Sequence record: MN850635.1
Source of the DNA: Escherichia phage bumzen
Reading direction: 5' to 3' (one strand)
DNA length: 64,000 nt
Every line of letters starts with the position of its first letter. Position 1 is the stretch's first letter. The translations under genes were made by a program, and so were the position numbers. Shown here one piece after another: positions 24,719 through 34,679 of the stretch. Below the pieces are notes generated by a model. That model was not told where the DNA came from. It did not search any database and saw nothing but the letters and a program-made list of their open reading frames with translations.

Positions 24719-25765
24719 ATGGAGAAGTACACATTAACAAAACTTCCCGATTCAGTTACACATGTTTTTATTGACTCTGATAGTATTGCCTATAAAGGTG
24801 CTTGTGTAGTTGAGAAAGCAAAATATAAATATGTCAATAAACTCACAGCAGAAGAATCTGAGCCATTTGATAATGCTAAAGATGCTGCAAGATGGTTAGC
24901 AGACCAGAGAATCCTTGTGGAAGAACTTGGCCTAGCATTTGATGAAGATGAATGGGAAAGACAGACTTGGAAAGAAGCTAAGAGTGAAAAAGAAGCTATC
25001 ATGGCTACTCAACAGGTTCTTCAGGAATGGCTTAAGGTTGTTGGTAAAGAGAGAACTTGGGTAGGTTACTTAACAGAGAAAGGTGTGCATAAACATAAAG
25101 ACATTAAAGGTCTTGAGCACCAATATCAAGGTAACCGTAAAGATGCTGTCACACCAACACACTTAGTTGCTTGTCGTGAATATCTTCTGTCAAGACCAGA
25201 GTTCAAACTCTTAAGGGGAGGCTTCGAAGCCGATTCAATCGTAATTGCTAAAGCTGAAAAGATGGGTAAGAAAGCTGCTCTTATGAGTATTGACAAAGAC
25301 CTTCGACAAGCTGAAGGGACTTATTGTATTGATATGACTTATGAAAAATCACCACTAATTTTTATCGCTGATAATAATGTTGGTAATATCTGGGATTGCC
25401 CTATCAAATCAAAACCAAAAGCTGCAAAAACAGTTGGTGTAGGTTTTAAATTCTTGTGTTATCAGGCTGTTGCTGGAGATAATGCAGACAACTACTTCGG
25501 CCTAAAAGGTGCTGGTAAAGTAGCTGTGATGAATGCTTTAGAGGGTAAAGAGACCTACAAAGAGTGTCTTGACGCTATCTATGAACTTTATGCTAAAAAA
25601 GACTCTTATACCTATGTGTCATGGGATGGACAGACCGTTACAAAGACGCCGTTAGAGTTAATGGAACAGCATTTCTTCCTAGCTTATCAAGAGCGAAATA
25701 AATCAGATATTTTTTCATTTGAAAAGTATGGTTGGACTCCAAATGTTGACTCAGCAGATACTTAA
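24719..25765 (+). CDS. 5'-3' exonuclease (T7 gp6-like)
   Basis: N-terminal acidic cluster HVFIDSDSIAY; replication-module context. Confidence 0.55.
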   Translation: MEKYTLTKLPDSVTHVFIDSDSIAYKGACVVEKAKYKYVNKLTAEESEPFDNAKDAARWLADQRILVEELGLAFDEDEWERQTWKEAKSEKEAIMATQQVLQEWLKVVGKERTWVGYLTEKGVHKHKDIKGLEHQYQGNRKDAVTPTHLVACREYLLSRPEFKLLRGGFEADSIVIAKAEKMGKKAALMSIDKDLRQAEGTYCIDMTYEKSPLIFIADNNVGNIWDCPIKSKPKAAKTVGVGFKFLCYQAVAGDNADNYFGLKGAGKVAVMNALEGKETYKECLDAIYELYAKKDSYTYVSWDGQTVTKTPLELMEQHFFLAYQERNKSDIFSFEKYGWTPNVDSADT

Positions 25766-26243
25766 AGAATATCTACACTATGACCCCGAAACAGGGGTCT
25801 TTACGTGGATAAAGAAATCAGCTAAAAGAACAGTTATAGGTTCCATTGCAGGTACACCACATAAGCGAGGTTATATTAGGATAAAAATTAAAAGAAAACC
25901 CTATATGGCTCATGATTTAGCAATCCTGTACACAGACGGTTTCCTACCTAACAGAGTAGACCATCGAAACGGTATTACTAATGATAATCGGAGATTAAAT
26001 CTAAGGGTTTGCACACAAGCTGAAAACTCTTGGAATAGAAGAACACACTCCAACAACACATCTGGAGTTAAGGGTGTATCTTTCTATAAGGCTAACCAAA
26101 AATGGAAGGCCAGAGTTATGACACACGGAGTATCTCACTTTCTGGGGTATTTTGACAGTATTGAAGATGCCAAAGATGCAGTCACAAAGAAAAGAGAAGA
26201 ACTACATAAAGAGTTTTCAAATCACGGAGAAGCTTATGAATGA
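25743..26243 (+). CDS. HNH homing endonuclease
   Basis: Paralog of 15614-16147; start moved to internal Met aligning with paralog; overlaps end of exonuclease gene. Confidence 0.7.
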   Translation: MLTQQILKEYLHYDPETGVFTWIKKSAKRTVIGSIAGTPHKRGYIRIKIKRKPYMAHDLAILYTDGFLPNRVDHRNGITNDNRRLNLRVCTQAENSWNRRTHSNNTSGVKGVSFYKANQKWKARVMTHGVSHFLGYFDSIEDAKDAVTKKREELHKEFSNHGEAYE

Positions 26244-26737
26244 AGATTAAAGGATTTGGCAATTGCCCTACCTACGGTCATTGGGTATCTTTATGTGGGG
26301 AAGTTGACCCCACTAAACATTTTGGCTTTGTCTATTTAGTACACTGTAAGAAGACTGGACAGTATTATATCGGAAAGAAACAGTTTAACAGTGTGACCAA
26401 AAGAAAAGTTGCTGGGAAGACTCGGAAGAAGATAGTCACTAAGGAAAGTGATTGGATGACTTATGAGACTTCTTCTGAGTATATTAAAAAAGATATTGAG
26501 AGTTTTGGAAAAGAATTTTTTGACTTTTACATTATTCAGACCTACTACACAAAAGGTGGCCTAGTCTATGGTGAAGCAAACCTTCAACATAAATTCGATG
26601 TAATGACAAAAAGGATTGACTCTAAGCTCAGACTCTTCTACAATGCCAATATTGCAGCAATTAAGTTTATCACTAAAGAAACTTATGAAGATGCTGAAAA
26701 AAGAATCCATAAGGTAATGAAAGCAAATTGTGCTTGA
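26240..26737 (+). CDS. putative GIY-YIG endonuclease
   Basis: FVYLVHCKKTGQYYIGKK resembles GIY-(9-11 aa)-YIG spacing; tandem with HNH gene. Confidence 0.45.
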   Translation: MKIKGFGNCPTYGHWVSLCGEVDPTKHFGFVYLVHCKKTGQYYIGKKQFNSVTKRKVAGKTRKKIVTKESDWMTYETSSEYIKKDIESFGKEFFDFYIIQTYYTKGGLVYGEANLQHKFDVMTKRIDSKLRLFYNANIAAIKFITKETYEDAEKRIHKVMKANCA

Positions 26738-26743
26738 TAACTA

Positions 26744-27007
26744 TTGAGAGAGAATAAAATGTTTAACAAAAGTAAAGCTGTGAGTCATGTAGCAAAAGTT
26801 GACAGCAAGATTGAAGAACTTGAGCGCATCCTTGCAAATGCTAGAGAGTCAATAATTAAAGAAGTTGAAGCTGTTGAGTCTCAAATGCAGCACCTAATGC
26901 TTAAACGTCAAGAGCTACGTGAACATCTAGAATATATTGAAACACGAGAGCTAAAGGTTAACAAATATTTTAAGGAGTCCGAATGTTTAACTCAAGAGAA
27001 TCAGTAA
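26744..27007 (+). CDS. hypothetical coiled-coil protein
   Basis: 87 aa ORF. Confidence 0.4.
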   Translation: MRENKMFNKSKAVSHVAKVDSKIEELERILANARESIIKEVEAVESQMQHLMLKRQELREHLEYIETRELKVNKYFKESECLTQENQ

Positions 27008-27738
27008 AAAACTGGAACCTTCGTTGTGGAAACACTCAAAAGCAACCTTACAGTGATGAGTATTGGGAATCTTTAAAATCTCAATCTCTGTGTATGCTTG
27101 AAGAAGCAAAAGAGCTTGTAAAAGCAATTGAAGAGAAAGACCCCATTGAGACACTGGATGCTCAGGCAGATTTGCAATATGTTCTTGACGGCTTGATTTA
27201 TCTGTCACAACATGACCATAACGGTGCTATGAAAGCTGTTTGCCGTAATAATGACCTGAAGTACACAGATGACTATGAAGAAGCTTTAAAACGTCTTGCA
27301 GACATTGAAAAGCGTACTGGTCAAGAGTGTATTATCAGAATGTCAGTAGTTGATGGTAAAGAGTGGTATGCTATTGTTCGTGCAGCCGATGGGAAGATTA
27401 TGAAGCAATCAAATCTCCCTAAAGTACAGCTTGGTGAATACATTGTAGAACTTGAAAGCCAAGAACTTTTTGTGGTAGTATCTGAGACATGCGTTATCTG
27501 CAAAGGTATTGTAGGTAGCTTAAAGGATTTGGGTGTAGATGGTTTTGTAGAAGTTAATCCAATTACCTCTAAAGCAGATAAAGACTTCTGTAAAGAGAAC
27601 GGACTATGGATTGCAGATATTGTCTACTATGATGGTGAGCAGTTCCATGTAACCTCATACCCGAAACTGAATTATGATGCTAATAACCTGAAGTGCTGGT
27701 TAAAAGGGGTTGGTTATAATGGATTCACAGAACATTAA
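26983..27738 (+). CDS. hypothetical protein, possible MazG-like NTP pyrophosphohydrolase domain
   Basis: EEAKELVKAIEE...ETLDAQADLQYVL resembles all-alpha NTP-PPase acidic motifs; weak. Confidence 0.3.
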   Translation: MFNSRESVKNWNLRCGNTQKQPYSDEYWESLKSQSLCMLEEAKELVKAIEEKDPIETLDAQADLQYVLDGLIYLSQHDHNGAMKAVCRNNDLKYTDDYEEALKRLADIEKRTGQECIIRMSVVDGKEWYAIVRAADGKIMKQSNLPKVQLGEYIVELESQELFVVVSETCVICKGIVGSLKDLGVDGFVEVNPITSKADKDFCKENGLWIADIVYYDGEQFHVTSYPKLNYDANNLKCWLKGVGYNGFTEH

Positions 27739-28042
27739 TAAAGAGGGTGTGGCTCAGAAGAGCCACTTCTCAAACTACAATATTTCTATGACGGTGTTTA
27801 TGAATGACCCGTTACTAGAAAAATATGGTGAGACTCCAGATACACTTCTGGACAATGAACAAGTTTTAAAAGCAGTCCTGTACAAATACGGTATTGATAT
27901 TGAGAAAGAGTATTCTTTTGAAATCTGCCAACACAGAAACACTTTTGGTAAAGTTGTGATGGCTCCACTCTTTATGGGCGTAGAAAGGACTGACTATGGC
28001 TGGTTGTATCTGAAAAGAAACTTGGAGAAATACCGTGTCTAA
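27710..28042 (+). CDS. hypothetical protein
   Basis: 110 aa ORF. Confidence 0.4.
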   Translation: MVIMDSQNINKEGVAQKSHFSNYNISMTVFMNDPLLEKYGETPDTLLDNEQVLKAVLYKYGIDIEKEYSFEICQHRNTFGKVVMAPLFMGVERTDYGWLYLKRNLEKYRV

Positions 28043-28370
28043 AGCAAAAAAGCTATCTTATGATGACATTATCTCAGGTGCTAAGTTAGGTGTTGATAGT
28101 ATCGGACAAGATGTTAAGCACGGAGACACAGTCATGTACTGTGATGACCGAAGAGGTAGAAGTGCAATCTTGTTTGGAAGAATTGTTTGCAAGATGAGAG
28201 GTAATTACGTTGTTGCAGACATGGATGTGAACGTTACACAAAAACTTGAAACAATTATGGATGCTAGCGCACCATCATGGTTCCTAAATTGTATGCACAC
28301 CTCGTCAGTCACAAAAGTAAGTGATAAGTTTTACGATATGTGGCAGAATGAGCAAATTTTCAAGATTTAA
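28035..28370 (+). CDS. hypothetical protein
   Basis: 111 aa ORF. Confidence 0.4.
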   Translation: MSKAKKLSYDDIISGAKLGVDSIGQDVKHGDTVMYCDDRRGRSAILFGRIVCKMRGNYVVADMDVNVTQKLETIMDASAPSWFLNCMHTSSVTKVSDKFYDMWQNEQIFKI

Positions 28371-28375
28371 ACTAT

Positions 28376-28400
28376 GGAGCCTCTTCGGAGGCTCTTTTCA
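28376..28400 (+). terminator. rho-independent terminator with UUCG loop
   Basis: ggagcctc-ttcg-gaggctc then ttttc. Confidence 0.7.
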
Positions 28401-28416
28401 TCTGTAGGATTCAAAA

Positions 28417-30651
28417 ATGATTAAGACAATTAAAAAATCAAATGGTACAGTAGTAAGCTTTGACCCAGAAAGACTGAATAAGTGGGCATCATGGGCAGAT
28501 AAACGTGGAATTATCTGGTCAGAAGTCACTATGGAAGCTATGAAACGTGTTTATGAAGGATGCACCACAAAAGAGATGCACCAAGCCATGATTGATGTTT
28601 GTGTTGATAAACAAACTCAAGAGTACTCAGATATGGCTGGACGGCTACTTCTGGGGATTATCTACAAAGAAGCCTTTGGAGGCTTTACTAAAGTTCCTAC
28701 ACTGGTTACCTTCGTTAAAAATATGGAGAGAGCAGGACTTTGGGAGAAGATGGACTATTCACAGGAAGAGCTTGAATATCTGCAAGGTTACATCGTACAC
28801 TCAAAAGATATCTCTTACGGTTATGCAGTCTTGAAACAGTTCAGAGACAAGTATGGTATCCGTGATATTAAAACGGGAAGACTTTTTGAGTCACCACAAT
28901 TTATGTTTATGGGTATGGCTATGAAAGCCTTTGAGAAGCAACCAAAGCACCGTAGACTGCAAGATGTTATCAAGCTGTACACTTACCTATCTGACCTGAA
29001 GATTAACGCCCCTACGCCTTATTTAAATGGCTTAAGAGCAACTAAATCAGGTTATGCGTCATGCTGTTTGATTAAGGCAAATGATACCGCTGAGTCTCTC
29101 GGTATTGCTGCAAAGGTTGCTTATGATATGACCACAAAGCAAGCTGGTATTGGTATGCTGATGGAGACACGTACTATTGGTGATGGTATCCGTCAAAATA
29201 CGATTGAGCACATGGGTAAACTACCTTATTACAAGCTTGTACGTTCATCTGTAGAGGCAAACAAACAGAAGAGTCGTGGCGGTTCAGCTAATAACTTCTA
29301 CACTGCTCTAGACCCGCAGATTGAAGATTTACTGCGTTTGAAGCACCCTACAACGGTTCCTTCTAAACGTATTAATGAGATGGACTACTCATTCGGCACA
29401 AACGATTATTTCTGGCAGTGTGTTCAGTATGATACAGATTGGTTGCTATTCTCTTACAAAGATGCACCAAAACTCTATGACATGTTCTACACAGCATCTG
29501 CTGATGAGTTTGCTATGGCAGTTGGTCACGCAGTACATTCAGGAGTTAAGCACAGACGAGTAAAGGCTCGTGAAATTGCTAAGCTGTTTATTCAACAGCG
29601 TTATGCTACAGGTCGTGTGTATCCATTCTTCACTAACAATGCAAACACGCATACACCATTTAAAGAGTCATTGAAGATGTCAAATCTTTGTATGGAAATT
29701 GTGTTGCCAGTGTATGGTTTTGAGAAAGAGACAGACCTTTACAGAGATGATGCTGTGAAAGAGGATGGTGAGGTGGCTCTTTGCTTCCTAGCTAGTTTGG
29801 TTGCAGGGAGAATTTCAGAAGATGAATACGCTGACGTTGCTTATTATGCTCTTGCAATGGTTGACTCCGTTATTGACCTTATGGATTATCCGTATCCGTC
29901 GATGCGTAACCATGTTCAGAAGCGTCGTTCTGTTGGGATTGGCCTTACAAATGTGGCTCATTACCTTGCGAAGAACTACGTGAACTACTCTTCACGAGCA
30001 GGTAAAACGAAGCTTCATGAGCTTGCTGAAATGCACTCTTACTATCTGCATGAAGCCTCTCTGAGACTTGCTAAAGAGCGTGGTGTTCCAGAGTACATGA
30101 AGTTCACTAAGTATCCTGAAGGCTGGGTTCCTCCAAAGACAGCTAACAAGAAGATTGATGAAAAGCATGATGCAAAACTAAGATATGATTGGGATGACTT
30201 AGCACAACGTATCAAAGAGAATGGTGGAATCCGAAACTCTGTATTAGAAGCTTACATGCCTAATGAGAGTTCTTCACTAGCAACTAATACGACAAATGGC
30301 TTGTACCCAATTCGTGACTTTATTTTAACTAAAAAATCTGCAACTGGTAACGTACTGTTTATTGTTCCAGATTATGAAGAGTTGAAGTATGTCTATGAAA
30401 TTGCTTGGGATATTGACACCTTTGATATGATTGATTGTTATGCAATTGTTCAAAAGTTCACTGGTCAGGCTATCTCTTCAGACTTCTATGTTGACTATGC
30501 AAAGTCTAAGAAGGTATCATTGGCTCAAGCTTTGAAGTACATGATTTATGCCAACTCGGTAGGTATGAAAACCATGTACTACCTTAACAGTCGCATTGGT
30601 GTAGGTAAATCTGCACTGCAAGATGCTTATTGCGAGGGTTGTGGTGTTTAG
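28417..30651 (+). CDS. nrdA: ribonucleotide reductase class I large subunit
   Basis: 744 aa; N-terminal ATP-cone-like segment; active-site SNLCMEI; C-terminal CEGCG. Confidence 0.9.
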   Translation: MIKTIKKSNGTVVSFDPERLNKWASWADKRGIIWSEVTMEAMKRVYEGCTTKEMHQAMIDVCVDKQTQEYSDMAGRLLLGIIYKEAFGGFTKVPTLVTFVKNMERAGLWEKMDYSQEELEYLQGYIVHSKDISYGYAVLKQFRDKYGIRDIKTGRLFESPQFMFMGMAMKAFEKQPKHRRLQDVIKLYTYLSDLKINAPTPYLNGLRATKSGYASCCLIKANDTAESLGIAAKVAYDMTTKQAGIGMLMETRTIGDGIRQNTIEHMGKLPYYKLVRSSVEANKQKSRGGSANNFYTALDPQIEDLLRLKHPTTVPSKRINEMDYSFGTNDYFWQCVQYDTDWLLFSYKDAPKLYDMFYTASADEFAMAVGHAVHSGVKHRRVKAREIAKLFIQQRYATGRVYPFFTNNANTHTPFKESLKMSNLCMEIVLPVYGFEKETDLYRDDAVKEDGEVALCFLASLVAGRISEDEYADVAYYALAMVDSVIDLMDYPYPSMRNHVQKRRSVGIGLTNVAHYLAKNYVNYSSRAGKTKLHELAEMHSYYLHEASLRLAKERGVPEYMKFTKYPEGWVPPKTANKKIDEKHDAKLRYDWDDLAQRIKENGGIRNSVLEAYMPNESSSLATNTTNGLYPIRDFILTKKSATGNVLFIVPDYEELKYVYEIAWDIDTFDMIDCYAIVQKFTGQAISSDFYVDYAKSKKVSLAQALKYMIYANSVGMKTMYYLNSRIGVGKSALQDAYCEGCGV

Positions 30652-30706
30652 TTTTAATAACTATGAGGGTCGTAAAAGACCCTCTAAAAATAACTTTGGA
30701 GAGACC

Positions 30707-30964
30707 ATGAAAGATTTAATAGAAAAACATGAGCGGCCTATATACTTGCTCCACAAGCCTCGGAAAACGATGTACTATGTTAGTAGCACAGATATGATGA
30801 TAAAACAAAATGATGACTCATGGGTTGCTGGTATCTCTTACATCTCTACAGCAGATGGTAAAATATACGCAAGACCTTATGAGATGTTCAACAAAGAAAA
30901 TTGGGAAGTTTTAGACAGAAAACAAGCCTTAGAAATGATAAAGAAAGGAGAAATCACACTATGA
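30707..30964 (+). CDS. hypothetical protein
   Basis: ORF 30623-30964 trimmed to first Met after nrdA stop (MKDLIEK). Confidence 0.35.
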   Translation: MKDLIEKHERPIYLLHKPRKTMYYVSSTDMMIKQNDDSWVAGISYISTADGKIYARPYEMFNKENWEVLDRKQALEMIKKGEITL

Positions 30965-32034
30965 TTAACCAGCACCCAATCTTTTTAGGTGGTGAGAGAA
31001 AAACTTTTGACTCACTCAATAAGCACTACCCAAAAATCTTTGAACTTTATAAACAACAAAAAGCACAAGATTGGTCAGAAGATGAGTTCCCTTTTGAACA
31101 ATCACGTCTTGATTTTGAGAGTGTCCCAGCATCAATGTCAGGTGTAATGCTTGAGATTCTTAAGTGGCAATGGGAAGCAGACACTCAAGTTGCTAAGAGC
31201 TTGGCATTTGCCTTTGCACCTTTTATCTCTGATGACATATATGCAACTGCAATTATGAAGCAGTCTGAGATTGAAAACCTACATGCTCTTACTTACTCAG
31301 AGATTGTAAGGCAATGTATTAAAAACCCTGAAACAATCTTAGATGAGATTAACCAGAATGTTGCTGTGCAAGACCGATTAAAAACTGTGAATCGTGTTCT
31401 TGAAGAATTATTGGATGAAGGGATAAACTACCGACTGAGTTATGTACGTGATTCACTTCTGGACAAAGACCCTTTACACTTCCATAAAGTGATTCTAAAA
31501 GGTCTGTTTGCAGTGACTGCACTTGAAGGTATATCTTTTATGGCATCCTTTGCATGTACCTTTGCACTTGATGCTCAAGATAAATTTCAGGGTATTGCTC
31601 AAGCTGTCCAGAAGATTATGCTTGACGAAATCCTTCACACTAAAATTGATATTGAAGTTTTAAAAGAAACTTTAAGAGATGATGAGTGGCAGAAAGCTTT
31701 TCAACAGATTCTTCCAGAGATTAAAGTAATCTTAGATGAAGTAGTTGAAAGTGAAGAGAAATGGTCGTATTATATCTTCTCCGAAGGACGTGCTGTAGTT
31801 GGCTTAAATACAAAGCTTCTTCATGAGTGGGTTTACTATAATGCTGCCCCACTGTATGATATGTTTGGCATTCCAAGAGATTTTGTAGCTCCCAAAGAAC
31901 CACCTTTGAAGTACATGATTAAGAAGATGGAAATTGATAAAGAGCAGAATGCTAATCAGGAGCAACAGAACGGTGCGTACCTGTTGAATACTGTTGTAGA
32001 TGATTTGAATAGTGGATTTTTAGAGGTTCCTTAA
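30961..32034 (+). CDS. nrdB: ribonucleotide reductase class I small subunit
   Basis: Start at ATG 30961 after aaggag RBS (track ORF begins earlier at 30901); 357 aa ferritin-like protein immediately after nrdA. Confidence 0.8.
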   Translation: MINQHPIFLGGERKTFDSLNKHYPKIFELYKQQKAQDWSEDEFPFEQSRLDFESVPASMSGVMLEILKWQWEADTQVAKSLAFAFAPFISDDIYATAIMKQSEIENLHALTYSEIVRQCIKNPETILDEINQNVAVQDRLKTVNRVLEELLDEGINYRLSYVRDSLLDKDPLHFHKVILKGLFAVTALEGISFMASFACTFALDAQDKFQGIAQAVQKIMLDEILHTKIDIEVLKETLRDDEWQKAFQQILPEIKVILDEVVESEEKWSYYIFSEGRAVVGLNTKLLHEWVYYNAAPLYDMFGIPRDFVAPKEPPLKYMIKKMEIDKEQNANQEQQNGAYLLNTVVDDLNSGFLEVP

Positions 32035-32276
32035 TGACTTATATAATTTACTCCAAAACTGGATGCCCTCAGTGTGAGACTGCAAAGAATTTTGCAAAAG
32101 CTCGTGGTATTGACCATGTTGTGAGAATGTTAGGGCAGGATTATGAACTGTCAGACCTGATGGATATTGCACAGATGCCAGTTCGTCAGATGCCATTCAT
32201 CATGAAAACCGATGGACAAAACCTAAAACCTGTTGGGACGCTACAGAATTTTATGGCAGAGGTGAATAATGCTTAA
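32034..32276 (+). CDS. glutaredoxin/NrdH-like redoxin
   Basis: 80 aa; N-terminal CPQC active-site motif. Confidence 0.6.
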   Translation: MTYIIYSKTGCPQCETAKNFAKARGIDHVVRMLGQDYELSDLMDIAQMPVRQMPFIMKTDGQNLKPVGTLQNFMAEVNNA

Positions 32277-32475
32277 ACGCATTTGGGAAGGTTTGGTTGT
32301 TGATGCACCAGCTATTGTGATTGGTATGCTTATTGTTAACCTATTTACTGACTTTGAACAAGGTTCATTGTTTGGAGCCATGTTACTATGGGTTATCTTC
32401 GAAATATTAGAGATACAGCTAGGCATCACTGAAAAACTAAGAGAAATCTTTGCGAAGTTTTCTAAAAAGATTTAA
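32269..32475 (+). CDS. small membrane protein
   Basis: 68 aa, hydrophobic. Confidence 0.35.
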   Translation: MLKRIWEGLVVDAPAIVIGMLIVNLFTDFEQGSLFGAMLLWVIFEILEIQLGITEKLREIFAKFSKKI

Positions 32476-32481
32476 AATGAA

Positions 32482-32505
32482 AGGGTCTCTTCGGAGACCT
32501 TTTTA
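32482..32505 (+). terminator. rho-independent terminator with UUCG loop
   Basis: ggtctc-ttcg-gagacc then ttttt. Confidence 0.65.
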
Positions 32506-32523
32506 GCATGTAAAGGGGCAATA

Positions 32524-34668
32524 ATGAACAAAGTACAGATTATTAAAAAGAATGGCTCACTTGAAGAACCTGATATCAAAAAAGTTTTAGCAGCAGTCAC
32601 AAAGTCAGCTAACAGAGTTGGTTATAAAGAGCTTCCACCAGATGTTACTCAAGCTCTTGAGTCAGCATTTATGAGGATTCTGGTAAAGTCCACTAAGCAG
32701 AATAATTTGCTAATTTCGGTAAATGATATTCACAGTATTGTTGAGGGTGCTTTGGCAGAAGTCAATCACGAGATTTATGAGTCTTACTCAACATATAGAA
32801 ATTACCGTAAAGAGGTTGCTCAAAATTGGGATGAGCTTTACCAAAAGACTAGAGATACACTCTTCTTAGGTGACCGTGAAAATGCTAACTTTGACAGCAG
32901 TTTAATTTCTACAAAAGGCTCAATTATTCGTGGTTACTTGACTAAAGAAATCTTTAAACAGTACCATTTAACACCAGAGGAACTTGAAGCCATTGAAAAA
33001 GGGTTTATCTACATCCATGATTTAAGAGACCTAATTTTTGGTGGTATCAACTGTTGCCTGTTTGACATCGGTAAAGTACTGAAAGGTGGCTTTGAAATGT
33101 CTGGTATCGAATACTGTGAACCAAAGTCTGTGCTGTCAGCCTTACAGGTTATTGGCGATGTAGTTCTTTCAGCAACTGCACAGCAATTTGGTGGCTTTAC
33201 TTTAGCAGAGATTGATAAGGTACTTGTACCGTATGCTAAAAAATCTTTAGTGTACCACTCAGAGAAAGCTGAAGAGTACGGAATACCTAAAGAGCAACAC
33301 TATAATTACGTAATGGAGCAATTACAGAATGAGTTAACACAAGGTTTCCAATCTCTTGAAATGAAACTTAACACTGTTCCTTGCAGTCGCGGTGATTTTG
33401 CATTTACTACTCTGACATTTGGCCTGTTGGAACCAGATATGCACAATGAAGATAACCGTCTTCAGTTTATGATTGCCAATACAATCCTTAATGTAAGGAT
33501 GAACGGGCAAGGAAAAAGCAAAAAACCTGTTGTGTTTCCTAAACTTGTGTATATCTATGAAGAGACAAGACATAAACTTGATGTATGCCAAGCAAGGTTG
33601 TTTGAAAAAGCTATTGAGTGTTGCTCTAAAGCGATGTATCCAGATTTCTTAAGTGTATCTGGTCATGGTGCTGTAGCAGATGCTTTTAAGCGTTCTGGTA
33701 AGGTGATTTCACCGATGGGTTGCAGAGCTTTCTTATCTCCATATCTTAACGAGAATGGAGAAGAGTTCTATGTTGGTCGTGCTAACATTGGTGCTGTATC
33801 TTTGAACTTGCCAATGATTTACCAGTATTCTAAAGAGAATGGTTTAGATTTCTGGAAAGAGCTTGATAAGTACCTAGAGATGATTCGCAGCTTCCACAAG
33901 AAACGCTACGAAATGATTGCTAACATGCCAGCAAGCTCTAACCCTCTTGCATTCACACAGGGTGGTCTGTACAAAGGGAATAAGAAACCTACTGACAAGG
34001 TTGGCTGGGATATCGTGAAGTCCTTCACAGCTTCTTTTGGGGTTACTGCGCTTGATGAGCTATCTGTTCTTGCTGAAGGTAAACGACTCCATGAAGTTGG
34101 AAGCTGTAGTTTTGCATATGATGTTCTGGCATACATTAACATGAAAACTGAAGAGTTTAAGAACGAAGATGGCTTCTTGTATGCGGTATATGGCACTCCA
34201 GCAGAATCACTTTGTGGAACTCAGTTAAAACAGTTCAGAGATATGTTTGGCGTTATTAAAGGTGTCTCTGACAAGGAATACTTTACAAACAGTTTCCATA
34301 TGAATGTTGCAGCAGACATCTCACCATTTGAGAAGCAGGACTTAGAAGAGCCATTCTTCCATATCTGTAGAGGTGGTAGAATCCAGTATGTAAGGGTAGC
34401 TAACCCAGAAAACTTAACAGCACTTAAAAGTTGTATTACAAGAGGGATGTTGAAAGGTTTCTATCAGGGGCTTAACTTTGACTTAGCAATCTGTGAACAT
34501 TGTGGTAACAGACCAAAGGCTGATGTTGAAGAATGTGAGGTTTGCCATTCACATGATATCTCTGTGATTAACAGGGTGTGCGGGTACTTGTCATTCACAA
34601 AAATTAAAGGTCAGTCTCGAATGAATGACGCTAAGATGGCAGAAATTAAGGATAGGGTTTCTATGTAA
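32524..34668 (+). CDS. nrdD: anaerobic ribonucleoside-triphosphate reductase (class III)
   Basis: 714 aa; C-terminal Zn-ribbon CEHCG...CEVCH and glycyl-radical motif RVCGYL. Confidence 0.85.
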   Translation: MNKVQIIKKNGSLEEPDIKKVLAAVTKSANRVGYKELPPDVTQALESAFMRILVKSTKQNNLLISVNDIHSIVEGALAEVNHEIYESYSTYRNYRKEVAQNWDELYQKTRDTLFLGDRENANFDSSLISTKGSIIRGYLTKEIFKQYHLTPEELEAIEKGFIYIHDLRDLIFGGINCCLFDIGKVLKGGFEMSGIEYCEPKSVLSALQVIGDVVLSATAQQFGGFTLAEIDKVLVPYAKKSLVYHSEKAEEYGIPKEQHYNYVMEQLQNELTQGFQSLEMKLNTVPCSRGDFAFTTLTFGLLEPDMHNEDNRLQFMIANTILNVRMNGQGKSKKPVVFPKLVYIYEETRHKLDVCQARLFEKAIECCSKAMYPDFLSVSGHGAVADAFKRSGKVISPMGCRAFLSPYLNENGEEFYVGRANIGAVSLNLPMIYQYSKENGLDFWKELDKYLEMIRSFHKKRYEMIANMPASSNPLAFTQGGLYKGNKKPTDKVGWDIVKSFTASFGVTALDELSVLAEGKRLHEVGSCSFAYDVLAYINMKTEEFKNEDGFLYAVYGTPAESLCGTQLKQFRDMFGVIKGVSDKEYFTNSFHMNVAADISPFEKQDLEEPFFHICRGGRIQYVRVANPENLTALKSCITRGMLKGFYQGLNFDLAICEHCGNRPKADVEECEVCHSHDISVINRVCGYLSFTKIKGQSRMNDAKMAEIKDRVSM

Positions 34669-34679
34669 AACTTGACAAG

